From a virus: 64,000 nt of DNA. The notes under the pieces were generated by a model, which ran no database searches, was not told the origin of the DNA, and saw only the letters and a program-made list of their open reading frames with translations. The stretch's first letter is position 1, and each line of letters begins with the position of its first letter. The stretch covers positions 2,279 to 66,278 of IMG/VR virus record IMGVR_UViG_3300020157_000004. One strand, given 5' to 3'. Positions 47,036-55,917 of this stretch are shown here, piece after piece. Position numbers and translations under genes: made by a program.

Positions 47036-47242
47036 TTACAGTAAGTTAACGCTAAACATTGGCCTTTTCTCCCTCTTTCCCCTTCCCTTTTCAAGTCTTT
47101 TTTCCCTCTTTCTTTCCCTCTCCCCTTCATTGAGGGGAAGAACGGGCGCGTCATAGCGCGCGGCGACTACGTCGCCAAAAAGTCCGCCGTGACAGATTTC
47201 AAAACAGGGTGCCGGTCGATGAAAATTGAATCGGTGGTCGCC

Positions 47243-47875
47243 GCCAGTCGGTCGGCCCGCTCTTCGCAAGTTTATCGGATAGCACTGCTCGGATCACAGT
47301 TGCGGCCCTCATGGCTAACGCTAAAACATCCGGCTAGGCTGACAGCCAACCCACCTTATGGGTCGCTTGGAAACGTCGGGGCAAAATGACCACGGAAAAC
47401 GACTATGGGTCGGATACGTGGTGAGAAAGGTCAGACGTTCAAATGTCAGCGGAGGCCGGTCACTGAATAATCAGCGTGACGCAAAACTGCACCGTTCAGG
47501 AAGGCGAAAGGAATCGCTTGTGGCTATCACGAATCTAGGGAATCACCTCCACGGACAATAGGAATCCCGTGGTTAAATAAAGGAGCTTGGCTTATGGCCC
47601 GCAAGGGTCACAAGTGCGCCGACTTACAACCGGGCAACAGGCAGGCGTTGGCTAAAGCGCATCGTTGGGGCAATTTGCTTCTAAGGTGCTAGTCCTTCCA
47701 ACGTCCGAAAGTGGCTCATCCTACCTAACTAGACAGCACGGAAAGACGTGCGCCGCGCAACGACGCGAGGCGAGGGGACGGGTTTGCCTGTCCGTTTGCT
47801 CACTCCACCGTCCTCACGAAGGGCGACTGGTTTAGGAAGTTTTCCGCCCCCTAGCGGGTTCGCCTGCTGGGGGGT
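47243..47875 (+). ncRNA. Candidate large structured non-coding RNA
   Basis: No credible ORF; more than 10 helices including nested ones, GCAA/UUCG/UUUG loops, and 5'/3' closing helix GCCAGTCG (47243-50) / CGACTGGT (47824-31). Confidence 0.65.
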
Positions 47876-47986
47876 TCCCTCTCAAGAAAAACGCGCCTCA
47901 TCGTGGCGAGAGGGTGAACATGGGTTTCCGTGGCATTTCATGCAACGGTTGTCCGTGGCCAAGCGTAGTCGTCGGTAAGTTTCCCC

Positions 47987-48436
47987 ATGAATACCTGCAC
48001 CTCCGTGTCCATCTTCGGCTCCACGTTCACCGGCGTCGCAACGGTCTCCGCCAGCGGCAATCAGAAGGTCTCCATCCCCACTCGCAAGCAGTGGAAAGAG
48101 GCCACGGGCTGCACCTTGGCTTACGCCAAACAGCACTATGGTGCCTTCCATCGGGAACAGTCGGGCAAACTCGCCGGTCCGACCGCCGCCATTCTGGCCA
48201 ACGGCACCATGCTTGTCAGATCGGTGAGTTGCTCTCCTAGCGGGACCGTCACCTGTGTCCTCATCCCCTCGAACAGCAAGACTCTCGCTGTGACACTGCC
48301 CAAGCCGAAGGCGGCTCCTGCGGTTGACTACACGAAGTTGTCCACCACGGAGTTGATGGCCTTGCTCGCCGCCCGTCAGGCGGCGGAAGCGGCGAAGGAT
48401 GAGGCTGCCATCGCCACGGCTCTCAGCGGTATCTGA
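47987..48436 (+). CDS. Early hypothetical protein
   Basis: 149 aa, biased codon usage, Ala-rich C-terminus. Confidence 0.65.
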   Translation: MNTCTSVSIFGSTFTGVATVSASGNQKVSIPTRKQWKEATGCTLAYAKQHYGAFHREQSGKLAGPTAAILANGTMLVRSVSCSPSGTVTCVLIPSNSKTLAVTLPKPKAAPAVDYTKLSTTELMALLAARQAAEAAKDEAAIATALSGI

Positions 48437-48529
48437 GCGTCGGTAGGTCGGCCACATGGGGTCGGGAAGGTTCCCGGTCTCGTGTGGCCACACCTGCTTG
48501 CGGTCAACGTCCAACAGAAAGGAATCACA

Positions 48530-48973
48530 GTGAAAGTCGAAGTGAATCAGAAGGTGTTGAAGCTCACAACGGGTGAGAAAGTTCGGTATTTCGTCATGTC
48601 TGGTGCAATTCGGGAGTGCCGCGTGTTGAATCTGACGCATGATGGCCTCTCGGTTTACACCGACTCCGGGGTTTTTCTCCCGGTGGCCGAGTTCGGAGAC
48701 ACGTGGTGGCTCGCCGACGGCAAGTCCGACTACGCCGCCAAGCTGGCAGCCGATGACTTCGATGCGGAGGAGTCGTTCGATAAGAACGTGATGACCACCA
48801 CCAAGCACACGATGTTCGCCGCCTTGGCGAATGGGTCTGGATTGGTAGCGGCCCGCCTTCGGCAGGTCAACGGGGTCGAGCGCGAGGATGGGTCGGGACG
48901 GTGCTGGCTCGTAGTCGGGGTCTGTTCGCAGAGCGACAACATCGTGACCCGGTTCGTGAAGACCACGGACTAG
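48530..48973 (+). CDS. Early hypothetical protein
   Basis: GAAAGGA RBS then GTG 48530. Confidence 0.6.
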   Translation: MKVEVNQKVLKLTTGEKVRYFVMSGAIRECRVLNLTHDGLSVYTDSGVFLPVAEFGDTWWLADGKSDYAAKLAADDFDAEESFDKNVMTTTKHTMFAALANGSGLVAARLRQVNGVEREDGSGRCWLVVGVCSQSDNIVTRFVKTTD

Positions 48974-49071
48974 TCGCGCAACGGCCCGGCGCAAGCCTCA
49001 TTGCGCCCTCTGGACATAGGGCATGGGTGAAAGACTCCCGTGCCTTATGCAACAGGGTTGAAAGGAACAGG

Positions 49072-49476
49072 ATGAAAACAAAAAAAGCACATTCAAAAAC
49101 AGGGATTCGGGTTGGCAAATTGAAAATCGGCGGCAAGTGTCTGTCCGTTTTTGTTTACCAGTTCCACACCCCGGAAGACAGGGAAACCTTCCCGGCGGAG
49201 ATTCACGCAAACCAAGCCGTTCAAGTCATGGACTTCATCCGCTCAGGAAGAGCGGGTAACATTGTTACCACTCAGGAAATCCATGTGCTTAGGCTTCTAA
49301 GACTGATACGCGAAGAGGTTGACGGATTGCGCCTAAGCACGGCGAGCGTCCGATTTTACTTCGATGTCCCCGGCAAGCCGGGTGAACTCATGAAAATTGA
49401 CCCTACAGAAGACGGAGACTTGTCTGCAAGGGTTCCGGGCGGATTCTTTACCGCGCGATCAGTTGAGCTTTTTTAA
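49072..49476 (+). CDS. Early hypothetical protein
   Basis: GAAAGGA RBS then ATG 49072. Confidence 0.6.
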   Translation: MKTKKAHSKTGIRVGKLKIGGKCLSVFVYQFHTPEDRETFPAEIHANQAVQVMDFIRSGRAGNIVTTQEIHVLRLLRLIREEVDGLRLSTASVRFYFDVPGKPGELMKIDPTEDGDLSARVPGGFFTARSVELF

Positions 49477-49525
49477 TTCCCCGTCCTGCCACCTCGGGAA
49501 ACATGCCAACTGAAAGGATACAATT

Positions 49526-49687
49526 ATGACTGACAGTTACAGAAAAAAGCTGGGGCGGGCCATCGACCGGCTCGCCTCGCAGATACACAGGAGCAAGAGC
49601 ACAGGCCGCCTGACGGGCCGACGACTGGCGAAGCAGCAGGCAAAGTTGGAAGCGATGGCCGACCGCATGGCGGCCACAACGCAGTAG
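49526..49687 (+). CDS. Small basic early protein (53 aa; below track cut-off)
   Basis: GAAAGGA RBS; MTDSYRKKLGRAIDRLASQ... Confidence 0.55.
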   Translation: MTDSYRKKLGRAIDRLASQIHRSKSTGRLTGRRLAKQQAKLEAMADRMAATTQ

Positions 49688-49779
49688 CAGAGCGTCTGTA
49701 AATCGAGGGGGTGGGGGAAAGCCTCCGCCCCTTCGGACTTGCTGACGGTCAACCTCAACGAAGAAAGGACAGCGGATAT

Positions 49780-50103
49780 ATGGGTTACTACCTGGAGACA
49801 GACAACACCCGCCTCAAGGCGGACTGGTTGATTAAGACTGCGGGTGCAGTCGAAGTGAAGACGCAGCCCTTGTGGACTGACATCCCAAAGGGCAAGACGC
49901 TGATTGCGGTGGTGGACAACGGCCACTTCGAGGCGGCAATGATCGCCTCGCCGGAGGATCAGTTCGACCGCATCAAACGGGCCGAGCAGATGGGCGACCG
50001 GCGTCCGAAGCGGTTCCTCCTGATGGACACCGACACCGTGAAGGCGATGTGCCCGAACTGGTGGGGCGACACTCAGGAACGAATGCGGGGGTCAACAGCA
50101 TGA
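49780..50103 (+). CDS. Early hypothetical protein
   Basis: RBS then ATG 49780; MGYYLET...VVDNGHFEAA...DRRPK. Confidence 0.65.
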   Translation: MGYYLETDNTRLKADWLIKTAGAVEVKTQPLWTDIPKGKTLIAVVDNGHFEAAMIASPEDQFDRIKRAEQMGDRRPKRFLLMDTDTVKAMCPNWWGDTQERMRGSTA

Positions 50104-50288
50104 GTGCCCACACCTCAACAAAGGTGCGGAAGCGGGCCAAGTTCGTTGACCCCCTCAGCAGGGCAGCGGTCAGTGAAATGCGGCGAATCGCCAAGGCTCA
50201 TGTGGTAAAAGGGGAGCCGGTCAAGCTGACGCAGCGTCAGGCCCACCACGTAGCGGTTCGCAAGACCAAGACGGGAGGTGGAAAGTGA
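50100..50288 (+). CDS. Small basic protein
   Basis: ATGA overlap with the upstream gene. Confidence 0.5.
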   Translation: MSAHTSTKVRKRAKFVDPLSRAAVSEMRRIAKAHVVKGEPVKLTQRQAHHVAVRKTKTGGGK

Positions 50289-50488
50289 TTCACAAAAGCG
50301 TGCCCCACTACTACCGATTCCTAATCCTTCGGAAGGCGGGACTGCCAATGAGTGTGGCCCACCGGCAGGCTACGTTCTGGAAGGACAGCCGTGTAATGGC
50401 CCTGCTCAAGGCCCACGGTTCCATGTTCTTCAGAAGCAGGAAGACCAACCGGGAAGCGCAGGGGAAAATGGTCCGGGCAAACGAGTGA
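50285..50488 (+). CDS. Small basic protein
   Basis: GGAGG RBS, GTGA overlap. Confidence 0.5.
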   Translation: MIHKSVPHYYRFLILRKAGLPMSVAHRQATFWKDSRVMALLKAHGSMFFRSRKTNREAQGKMVRANE

Positions 50489-50619
50489 CTAAGCACGGCA
50501 CTGTAATTGCGGGTTGAATTACAGTGCCCTCTTTGTTCCTTGTTGGAATGAACCGCAGTTGTTTACGCCCTATAAACAAATGGCGGTCGGTTAATCAGGG
50601 CATGTTAGAAGGCTACACA

Positions 50620-50850
50620 GTGAATCCTACTACTACGTCTCCCTCACCGGCAACCGCAACCCCGTCCACTGGCAAGGTGGCGTCGCTCGTCCTCGTCTTT
50701 CAGAAGGACAAGGAGACTCCCGGCACCACCCGGTTCAAGGAGTTCGTGCCGTCCGGCAACGACAAAGATGCGGTCGTCGGGACGCTCTACATCAAGAAGA
50801 GCAACCCCCTCCACGCTCAGCCGGTGCTGACCATCACCATCGGCACCTAA
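50620..50850 (+). CDS. Small beta-rich protein
   Basis: KETPGT.RF.E...VGTLYIKK; followed by a terminator; start uncertain. Confidence 0.6.
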   Translation: MNPTTTSPSPATATPSTGKVASLVLVFQKDKETPGTTRFKEFVPSGNDKDAVVGTLYIKKSNPLHAQPVLTITIGT

Positions 50851-50871
50851 GCGCAGGGTTGAAACGAAACC

Positions 50872-50902
50872 GGGGCGGCTCAGCAATGGGCCGCCCCTTT
50901 CT
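50872..50902 (+). terminator. Rho-independent terminator
   Basis: GGGGCGGCTCA-GCAA-TGGGCCGCCCC-TTTCT. Confidence 0.7.
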
Positions 50903-50916
50903 GACGATACAATTAT

Positions 50917-51216
50917 ATGATTGATGAACCTGAGAAACCCGTCTGGAACCCCGAAGGCGGAGAAGATTGCAACGGGTTGAAAAACAAGGAGCGCGCCGAG
51001 AATGGCGAGCTGCTGCTCCGTCAAAGCCGGAGCATGAACGTGAGTCCTGATATTGGGATGCCCAACTCCGGCGACTTCGAGCTGGCCATGATCGACGTGC
51101 TTCACTACTTCAACCGTGAAGGATACGACATGGGACCAGGCAGCGAGGACATTGTTGACAACCTGATGAATGCACACGCCGAGTTCCTTGAGCAGTCGGG
51201 CTGTCCACCAGTATGA
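50917..51216 (+). CDS. Acidic hypothetical protein
   Basis: 99 aa ATG ORF. Confidence 0.55.
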   Translation: MIDEPEKPVWNPEGGEDCNGLKNKERAENGELLLRQSRSMNVSPDIGMPNSGDFELAMIDVLHYFNREGYDMGPGSEDIVDNLMNAHAEFLEQSGCPPV

Positions 51217-51397
51217 AAAGCCACCGCATCACACTCGGTCTGGGCGTGCGGCTCTTCCAGTTAGGCTGGTCGATTGGCAAGGGTGCCTTCAACCGGGAGT
51301 ATATCATCAGCCCCAAGGGTTCAATCTGGACGCTGGTTAAAATCGGACGCGCCTTCTGGGCCGAACCGTTCACAGTGCATGACCGTTACTAACAACT

Positions 51398-51565
51398 ATG
51401 AAAGATCGCATTGACCGCATTGAGTATCTGAAGCTCAACGCCAAGAAGAACAACGCAGACTACACCACGATCGCGATAGTGGCGGTCGTGTTCGTCATCG
51501 CCCTTGTGTTCACATTCCTGCTGGGCTTTGTGTCCGGCATGGAGCATCTGCAAGGACTGCCGTGA
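51398..51565 (+). CDS. Small membrane protein (55 aa)
   Basis: ATG 51398; IAIVAVVFVIALVFTFLLGFV transmembrane helix. Confidence 0.5.
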   Translation: MKDRIDRIEYLKLNAKKNNADYTTIAIVAVVFVIALVFTFLLGFVSGMEHLQGLP

Positions 51566-51676
51566 GCACCACCAACCGGCACATCCGACGGTTCAAGCCA
51601 AGCTCCAAAGGCAATGGAGTTCTGGTCATGTCGGTGAAACCGGGCAACCCAAAACCGAAAGGAAAGGATGGAGACA

Positions 51677-52042
51677 ATGAGAACCAAGGCGAGATCAACC
51701 GAGGTGGTGGACTGGCTGACAAAGCATGGCATTGCACACAAGGTTGAAGGGACTTGGGTTTGGTTGCTCTGGACAGACCTGAGAAATGATAAGATGCTGA
51801 GGGATGCTGGCTTCCGGTTTGCCAAGAGTCGTAACAGTTACTTCCATGTGTCAGACCGGTTCCTGCCGGGGCAGTTTGCTTCATGGCTGCACACCGAACC
51901 GGTTCCCTACCCTCCCGGAAAGTCCTACAACAAACCGGGGCGCAAGCCGGGCAGCAAACCCAAGGCAGCCGTCGTGGCATCGGCGGTCAGCGACCGTGAG
52001 TATGAGGTTGTGAATGATATGCCACCACCACCGCCTCCTTGA
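51677..52042 (+). CDS. Hypothetical protein
   Basis: GTWVW...LRDAGFRF motif; RBS GGAG. Confidence 0.6.
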   Translation: MRTKARSTEVVDWLTKHGIAHKVEGTWVWLLWTDLRNDKMLRDAGFRFAKSRNSYFHVSDRFLPGQFASWLHTEPVPYPPGKSYNKPGRKPGSKPKAAVVASAVSDREYEVVNDMPPPPPP

Positions 52043-52060
52043 AAGGTAGGGGGACAACAC

Positions 52061-52094
52061 GAAGGGCGGGCTGATTAACACCGGCCCGCCCTTC
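52061..52094 (+). terminator. GC-rich hairpin, terminator-like
   Basis: GAAGGGCGGGCTG-N8-CGGCCCGCCCTTC; U-tract weak. Confidence 0.45.
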
Positions 52095-52217
52095 ACTTCA
52101 ATGCGGCATCGGATTCGGCAGCGGACAGGTTGGTTTTAGCGGTGCGCTTGCACTGCCCAGCCTGCGCCGCTGCCGAACTACGAATCCCGTAGTGCAGAAA
52201 CACAAAGGAACATCACT

Positions 52218-53687
52218 ATGAGTTCAATCACCGCAGCACCGTCTCCCCTCCAGTCGTGGATCGAAGCTATCTGCTCCGATTTCTCCACCAAACTTCCCGC
52301 CACCGGGGAAGTCTTTCAGGCCATCGAGGCATTCCTTGGCTTCCCCATCGCTGATTATCCCACGGTATCCGTGCCGACCTCCGAGAAGCGCGACAAGCTG
52401 GTGAAGGCAGCGGACGCCGTGAAGAAGCGCGACCTCACATTGATCGGCTGGAAGGTTGGGGCACCGGCACCGGTGCCCACCCGCCGCACGGTGGTTGTCG
52501 CCACACTACCACCGGCTGAACTGCCGGTCTCCACGGGCGACCCGTTGATGGACGCACTGCTGGCCAGGCGGCGGGAGGAAGCGTCGGCTCCGAAGGGGCT
52601 GACTGAAGAGCAGGTCCGAAAGATCGTCAACGAAGTCGTCGGTAAGCTGCCGAAGGCGGTCAACCGGAAGGAGGTGGACGACATTGTATCGTCTGTAATT
52701 GGTTCGATCACTCCGCCCAAGGCACGCATCGACAAGGAGGATGCGGATGAAGTCATCACCGCCTTGCTCGGTGCGAAGTTTGGTGATGTGTTCAGCGGGT
52801 TCGCCATCGGTCGGTCGAAGTCGGACGCAACAACGGTGGAGGCACCCGCCTTGGTGGCAGCCTACACCCCGAAGGTGGACAAGACCTTCGTGATCGACAC
52901 CGACAGCAAGGCGGTGATGAACATGGTGGTGGCCAACGCCAAGAAAAAGGGTGCGGAGAACATCATGCTCACCGGTCCTGCCGGGTGTGGCAAGTCGGAG
53001 TGGGTGGCACAGATGGCGGCTCACGCCGGGCTGCCAATGCTAAAGCTGGATTGCCCCAACATCCGTGAGTCCTCGCAGTGGTTTGGAAGCCGGGGCGCAA
53101 GCAACGGTTCAACCCACTGGACCCGCAGTCAGTTTGAGCTGGCCGTGAGTGGCGGCAACATCGTCATCCTGCTGGATGAGTTCAATCGTGTCAGCGACTA
53201 CGTTCGCAACCCGCTCATGACCTTGCTGGACAACCACCGCTGCACGTTGGTTCAAGAGCTTGGCGCTGTGATTCGGGTCGGCCACAACACGATCTTCGCA
53301 TCGACGATGAACAAAGGTGGCGCCTACACAGGCGTCCACAACGTGGACAAGGCGATGGATGATCGCTTCCCCATATTGCAAGAGCTAACATACCTTCCTG
53401 AAGCGGAGGAGGCCGCACTGCTGGTTGCCCGAACCGGGGTGGCTCTGGCTGACGCCAAGCGGTTGGCGGCTCTGGCCAACGCCATCCGGGCCAAGGCTTC
53501 AAGTCTTGCCGGTGGTATCAGCACCGGCATCGGAACACGGCAGTTGCTCGCCGCGACGGAGGCGTTCCAAGCCATCGGCAAGAACGGCTTGCTCATCACC
53601 ATCGCCAATCATTACACCGCAGAGGGCGGCACCGATTCGGAGCGGGCACAGGTGCGCCTCATGATCGAGGGCAAGTTCCCCCGCTGA
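52218..53687 (+). CDS. MoxR/CbbQ/CobS-like AAA+ ATPase
   Basis: Walker A GPAGCGKS, Walker B ILLDEFNR, STMN, DKAMDDRF, GTRQL. Confidence 0.9.
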   Translation: MSSITAAPSPLQSWIEAICSDFSTKLPATGEVFQAIEAFLGFPIADYPTVSVPTSEKRDKLVKAADAVKKRDLTLIGWKVGAPAPVPTRRTVVVATLPPAELPVSTGDPLMDALLARRREEASAPKGLTEEQVRKIVNEVVGKLPKAVNRKEVDDIVSSVIGSITPPKARIDKEDADEVITALLGAKFGDVFSGFAIGRSKSDATTVEAPALVAAYTPKVDKTFVIDTDSKAVMNMVVANAKKKGAENIMLTGPAGCGKSEWVAQMAAHAGLPMLKLDCPNIRESSQWFGSRGASNGSTHWTRSQFELAVSGGNIVILLDEFNRVSDYVRNPLMTLLDNHRCTLVQELGAVIRVGHNTIFASTMNKGGAYTGVHNVDKAMDDRFPILQELTYLPEAEEAALLVARTGVALADAKRLAALANAIRAKASSLAGGISTGIGTRQLLAATEAFQAIGKNGLLITIANHYTAEGGTDSERAQVRLMIEGKFPR

Positions 53688-53726
53688 ACCAACCCACATC
53701 AACGAAACAGCAAACGCAATCGCATT

Positions 53727-55910
53727 ATGCCATACGAACATAACTACAACCCAACTCGCCAGAGCGACTTCAGCATGGACGTGCAAGACACGGACTACAC
53801 ACCATACCACATCACGCCCGACCGTGAAGGTCAGCGCACAATGAAGTGGTGGGAGTATGAACAGGAGGAAGTCAACCAAGGCCGACGCCGCCAACCCATG
53901 TCGGAACGCTGGGGCGGTCAGGGCTTCGGCCTCAACACGAGCTGGTGGAAGGAGAGCGGGGTTGCCTCCGGACAGGCTCTTGAGACTCGCCGTCTTGAGA
54001 AGGCGGGGGCACTGGTGGTCCGACTCAGCAACACGGTGCTCAACGCCCAAGATGGCGGCTCCGAGAAGAAGGAGAACCATCTGAAATTCAACTGGGCGAA
54101 GCCCGGCGTGGAGATCAACACCGGGCCGCACACGAAATACATTGTCTGCGACCCCAAGTGGATACTCGACGGCAAGGTGGCGGACGATGCTGCTGCCTCT
54201 GACGCGGTGGGCGGGCTGGTCCTGATGCAGTCCACCCTCAAGCGGACCATGAGCAAGGCGCAGTTCTTTAAGGCGAAGAAGGCCGACGAGGTTGAAGCGG
54301 AAGCGGAAGCCAAGAATATTGCAGCGCTGCCGCCAACCCATCCGCTGCGAGTGAACCAAGAAAGGATGAAGCGGAACCTTGAGGAAACCAAATGCTATGT
54401 GGAAGCATTGGTTGAATACAGCAAGCGACCGGGGGCGGCGGGGTCGGTGAGGAAAGGGCTTCCACCTGCGGAGCCGGTAATGGAGGTGATGGAGGTGATA
54501 CCGCCCGGCTCCAACCCACTGCCGGTGCCCTTGTCGAAGTTCTCAATCCCGCTTTGGGAGTCGGTGGAAATCACAGCAGCCCGTGAGGACTTGCTGGAAA
54601 CGTGGCCGGGGTTTGCCGGTTACATGATCGCTTACTCGGACAAGACCAGTGCGAGCAAGAAGGAGGTTCAGGAGTTCATCGACAAGTGCTTGGAAGACAC
54701 CTCGAAAACCGGAAGCCTTTACAGTGCCGCGATGGCGGCGGCCCGGTGGTCGGTGGCCAACCCGCACAACCCGGTCACGATCAGCGACTCCGATGTGCAA
54801 CGTGAGGCTGCCATCATCGCAAAGGCGATGCGGAAATCAATCGCCACTCCGAATGAACGCTTCGATGTGGCGCAACAGGAAGCCGACCGTCTGGCCACCG
54901 TGTTCTCCCGCCCCGAAGGGGACGGTGATACCGGACCCTCCGATAAAGGCGGGGTTGGTCTTGACGCAATCAAGACGGACAAGGATCACAAGCTGGAGCA
55001 GTCTGACATCAACGGGAAAGACCCGGAGACAAGGCCGGACATTCCGGATGGCGTTGGGTCCAGCCCGAAATGCCGTGTCATTAAGGTGAAGGAGTCATCG
55101 GCCTGCCCGGCTTCTTACAGCAAGCAGGCCAACATCGTGAGGCAGTTGACCGAGGCGGTGAAGAAGGCGCTCCGCTTCCGCATGGACAGTGCGGAGACCG
55201 ACTTGGTTGGCCTCAAGTCGGGAGAGCTGGACGAGGTGGCCCTTTCAGACCTCGTCATGAGGGAGGCGCAGCCCAGGATATTCCTCCGCAAGGAGGTCGA
55301 GACCCGGCCTGACGTGGCCATCTACATCCTGCTGGACCAGTCGGGTTCAATGGGGTCTTGCGGTTATAACGCAACCGGCCCCACACAACCGAGAGTGGTG
55401 AGCGCGAGGCAGGTTTGCATCGCCCTGTATGAAGCCATCAAGGACATCAAGGGTATCTCAATCGGTATATTCGGACACACTTCACACAGTGGTGATGACT
55501 GCGCCATCTACGAATACATCTCCAAGGCCCACCCCGGACAGCATCGGTCGGTGGCAGAGGCCGAGGCGCACAGCTCGAATCTGGACGGGTTCGCCATTGA
55601 GTATGTGGTGAAGCGCATCGCTGATGAGAACCCGGAGACGAAGCAGAAGTTCGTCTTCGTCCTCTCGGACGGACAGCCAGCCGGAGACGGCTACGGCGGA
55701 GCATCAGCGTTCAAACACATGCTCAATGTATGTGAATGGGCCAAGAAAACGAAGGGCGTCAGGGTGTATGGACTCGGCATGGACGGCAGCCCTTCCGATG
55801 CCGATGGAAAGAAGATGTATGGAGAAGGTAAGTTCGCCTGTCTCCCGAATGTGACTGGTGCCGTGCCTGTCATATCGTCGTTCCTGTCACGGACACTCGG
55901 TTCTATATAA
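53727..55910 (+). CDS. von Willebrand A domain protein (CobT/NorD-like AAA partner)
   Basis: SGELD, MIDAS LLDQSGSM, NLDGFAI, VLSDGQP, VYGLGM. Confidence 0.88.
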   Translation: MPYEHNYNPTRQSDFSMDVQDTDYTPYHITPDREGQRTMKWWEYEQEEVNQGRRRQPMSERWGGQGFGLNTSWWKESGVASGQALETRRLEKAGALVVRLSNTVLNAQDGGSEKKENHLKFNWAKPGVEINTGPHTKYIVCDPKWILDGKVADDAAASDAVGGLVLMQSTLKRTMSKAQFFKAKKADEVEAEAEAKNIAALPPTHPLRVNQERMKRNLEETKCYVEALVEYSKRPGAAGSVRKGLPPAEPVMEVMEVIPPGSNPLPVPLSKFSIPLWESVEITAAREDLLETWPGFAGYMIAYSDKTSASKKEVQEFIDKCLEDTSKTGSLYSAAMAAARWSVANPHNPVTISDSDVQREAAIIAKAMRKSIATPNERFDVAQQEADRLATVFSRPEGDGDTGPSDKGGVGLDAIKTDKDHKLEQSDINGKDPETRPDIPDGVGSSPKCRVIKVKESSACPASYSKQANIVRQLTEAVKKALRFRMDSAETDLVGLKSGELDEVALSDLVMREAQPRIFLRKEVETRPDVAIYILLDQSGSMGSCGYNATGPTQPRVVSARQVCIALYEAIKDIKGISIGIFGHTSHSGDDCAIYEYISKAHPGQHRSVAEAEAHSSNLDGFAIEYVVKRIADENPETKQKFVFVLSDGQPAGDGYGGASAFKHMLNVCEWAKKTKGVRVYGLGMDGSPSDADGKKMYGEGKFACLPNVTGAVPVISSFLSRTLGSI

Positions 55911-55917
55911 GGAAATT

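Larger units (their letters stand above)
48435..49769 (+). repeat. Repeated intergenic hairpin element (copies at 48435-48523 and 49690-49769; related hairpin at 49015-49049)
   Basis: Shared flanks GAGCGTC.GTA..TCG and TGCT..CGGTCAAC..C.AAC..GAAAGGA around different 14-19 bp stems. Confidence 0.7.

Noticed and set aside
46628-47794. ACAGGCAGGCG direct repeat (46631, 47637) and 10-bp inverted match to 47785-94
   Set aside because: Short GC-rich matches with no consistent boundary; 47776-47793 forms a better local hairpin.
47189-47978. Short plus-strand ORFs (66-76 aa) in the ncRNA region
   Set aside because: No convincing RBS or protein-like composition; dense base-pairing explains the region better.
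47882-48994. 370-aa minus-strand ORF
   Set aside because: Antisense to two plus-strand genes in early-operon context; no recognisable domain.
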